DNA of 64,000 nucleotides. Source: an uncultured bacterium (lineage in GTDB: Bacteria; Verrucomicrobiota; Verrucomicrobiia; Limisphaerales; UBA8199). Both the position numbers and the translations under genes were made by a program. The notes under the pieces were generated by a model. It searched no databases, was not told the DNA's origin, and saw nothing but the letters and a program-made list of their open reading frames with translations. How positions within the stretch are numbered: position 1 is the first letter of the stretch; each line of letters starts with the position of its first letter. The stretch covers positions 96,001 through 160,000 of the forward strand of contig CAVVMW010000006.1 in NCBI GenBank assembly GCA_963749495.1, given 5' to 3'. Positions 62,257-64,000 of this stretch are shown one piece after another.

Positions 62257-63531
62257 GAGTCGGCTTTCAATGACCCAGTAGTGCCGTTTGAGCTGGAGCA
62301 TTCCCAGGGCCTGCAACTGCTCCAGCGTCAGGCTGCTCAACAGAAACACCACTTCGCGGGTCCATTCGCCCCCGCGTTTGACTCGGGTTTCCAGTCGAGC
62401 CGCCAAGCGGGCACCCGGAAAGCCCACCTGGCTGGGGTTCACTTCCAGGCATTGCAGGAAACGAATTTCCAATCGGCCCCGATTGTGCTCGCGCCTCAAG
62501 ACTCGGGTGCGCGGGCTGGCCTGCCTGCCGGTAGGCAGGCCTGAGGGGGGAAAGGCCCGTTTTTCAAACAGGTCTTGCAGAGTCGCTTGGAGGGTCGGTT
62601 GGTTGCCCTTGACCGTCATGAGGTAATCGCCCCCTTGCTCGTAGAGGATCTGTTGACCGGTCTCCACCTGGGTGTGCGCCGCGTCGCTTAACACGATCTT
62701 GCCGGTGAGGTCCAGGCGCTTGAGCACCTGGCGGGCCGCCGGGATCTCGTTGCTCTTAGCCTCGGTGATCATCCCGGCCAGCGGATAGCCCAGGGCTTGG
62801 GCACGGCGAAACTCCGGCAACTCCCGCCGCACCGAATCCATCAAACTGCGGATTTCTTTGACCGGGGTCGTGCAGTGCGCCCTGGCTGCGGCCTCCACCA
62901 TCGCCCACTCGGGGGGCAATTGCGGCGCGCGCAGTTTGAGGCAGGCCTTCTTGACCAGTTCCCGCACCCAGATCTGCTTTGGGGCATCGTGCTTGATGTA
63001 AAAATCGGCCGCATCGCGTTTCCAACCGGCCGTTTTGCCCAAGTGCAACCAGCCGCTGACCTTGTAGGCGGTCCCCTGATAGAGCTGCGGATCAACAAAG
63101 CTCTCCACCAAAGCCAGGGGATGTCCCCACCGCCCCAGCCAGTCTTGGGACAGGGGCTCCAGCATCAGCTTCATAAAGCGGCTGATGAGATTAGGACTGT
63201 GACACTCCGGCAAGACCAGCAGCCGCGAGTTGTTGGCCAGCAGCGGGCGCCGCCGCCGACACTGTTCGGAATCCCAGCCGATAAACTCGTCGCGGTCCTT
63301 GATGTGAAAGGCCGCCCCGCTCCAGGTGGCCAGCGCCAGCCACCGGCCCTTGTAGGTGGCGACGTAGCGCAACTGTTCGCCCACCAGCGTGGCTTCGTGC
63401 AGGTAATGGTGCTCGACGATGAGTTGGTCACACCGAGCCGTATCTTTGGGTGCAGCCAACAATCGGACCTGCAGATGTTCGAGGATCTGCTGCTCGTCCG
63501 GCGAAAGGTGTCGTCGTTTTGATTTTCCCAT
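62257..63531 (-). pseudogene. Defective ISAs1-family transposase with N-terminal DUF4338-like domain
   Basis: 'HHYL', 'NNSRLL', 'GTAYK.SGW'; 'KSNEIPA', 'DAAHTQ', 'VKGNQP', 'HYWVIESRL'; the segment between 'YPLAGMI' and 'KSNEI' and the C-terminus are missing. Confidence 0.8.
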
Positions 63532-63625
63532 CCCAGCACTGTAAAAAAGTGCGGAGGGGATGTCCCGCAAAAAGTGATAACCCCTTCCCCCACAATGGCG
63601 CCCTTACCAGGAAAGCCGCGCCCTA

Positions 63626-64000
63626 GCCAACGGTTCGGGCAAATCGAACCTGCTCTCCTTTTTCAAGCTGTTGAACTTCGCGATGACTGGCGCCTTGCAG
63701 GTGTTTATCGGGCGAGCCGGCGGTGCCCGCTCTCTGCTCCATTACGGCCCCAAGATCACTCCACAGTGCAGCGCCACCATGACGTTCGAGACAGGCCGTG
63801 GGCGTAACACTTATCACTGCCGCCTCTTCCATGCCGCCCCGGACACCCTCATCTTCGCCGAGGAATCCATTCGATTCCAGCCCGCCGGCGAGTCCTTCGA
63901 GCGCCCGCTGACAATGCTCGGAGCAGGCCATAGAGAAAGCGCGCTGCTAATGCCGGAGTACGCCGCAAACCCCACCGTGAAGTTCTTTCGCTCCATGCTT
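63626..64000 (+). pseudogene. ABC/AAA_21-type ATPase, 5'-truncated at Walker A and running off the window
   Basis: Open frame not in the ORF track: ANGSGKSNLLSFFKLL...GGARSLLHYGPK...LIFAEE...GHRESAL; begins right at the IS end. Confidence 0.75.

Noticed and set aside
62900..63531. Druantia DruA defence gene
   Set aside because: The DUF4338-like domain is fused to ISAs1 transposase motifs and no other Druantia genes are present

Overview
GC-rich bacterial chromosomal segment, probably Verrucomicrobiota (inferred from the LamG/Ig secreted proteins, the giant OB-fold sensor kinases and the many intergenic palindromes). From left to right: (1) a type III restriction-modification locus with a collapsed PIN toxin module between mod and res, and a HEPN-like tail on Res; (2) housekeeping genes (SSADH, thiE, PfkB kinase, Smr); (3) a two-kinase signalling pair whose sensor has two circularly permuted discoidin-like domains; (4) a ~10.6 kb phage-satellite-like island in tRNA-Gln(TTG). 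The island has a 32-bp att repeat, TGTGCGG arm-type sites, integrase, excisionase, primase-helicase and a putative ori, and carries a proteasome-beta-like (Thr1/Asp17) Ntn protease, membrane proteins and an IS630; (5) an expanded MglA GTPase / multi-roadblock / REC-DUF4388 cluster; (6) clpS-DUF2017-aat, yqgE and proS, followed by a nuclease/antitoxin islet bounded by a duplicated proS 5' end; (7) a scarred right end with argD and peptidase C10 fragments, a MITE whose empty site is also in the window, a half tRNA-Pro(CGG), and a defective ISAs1 abutting a truncated ATPase. About ten single-base frameshifts in otherwise intact genes suggest assembly indels. All family assignments come from motif recognition by eye; no database searches were run.
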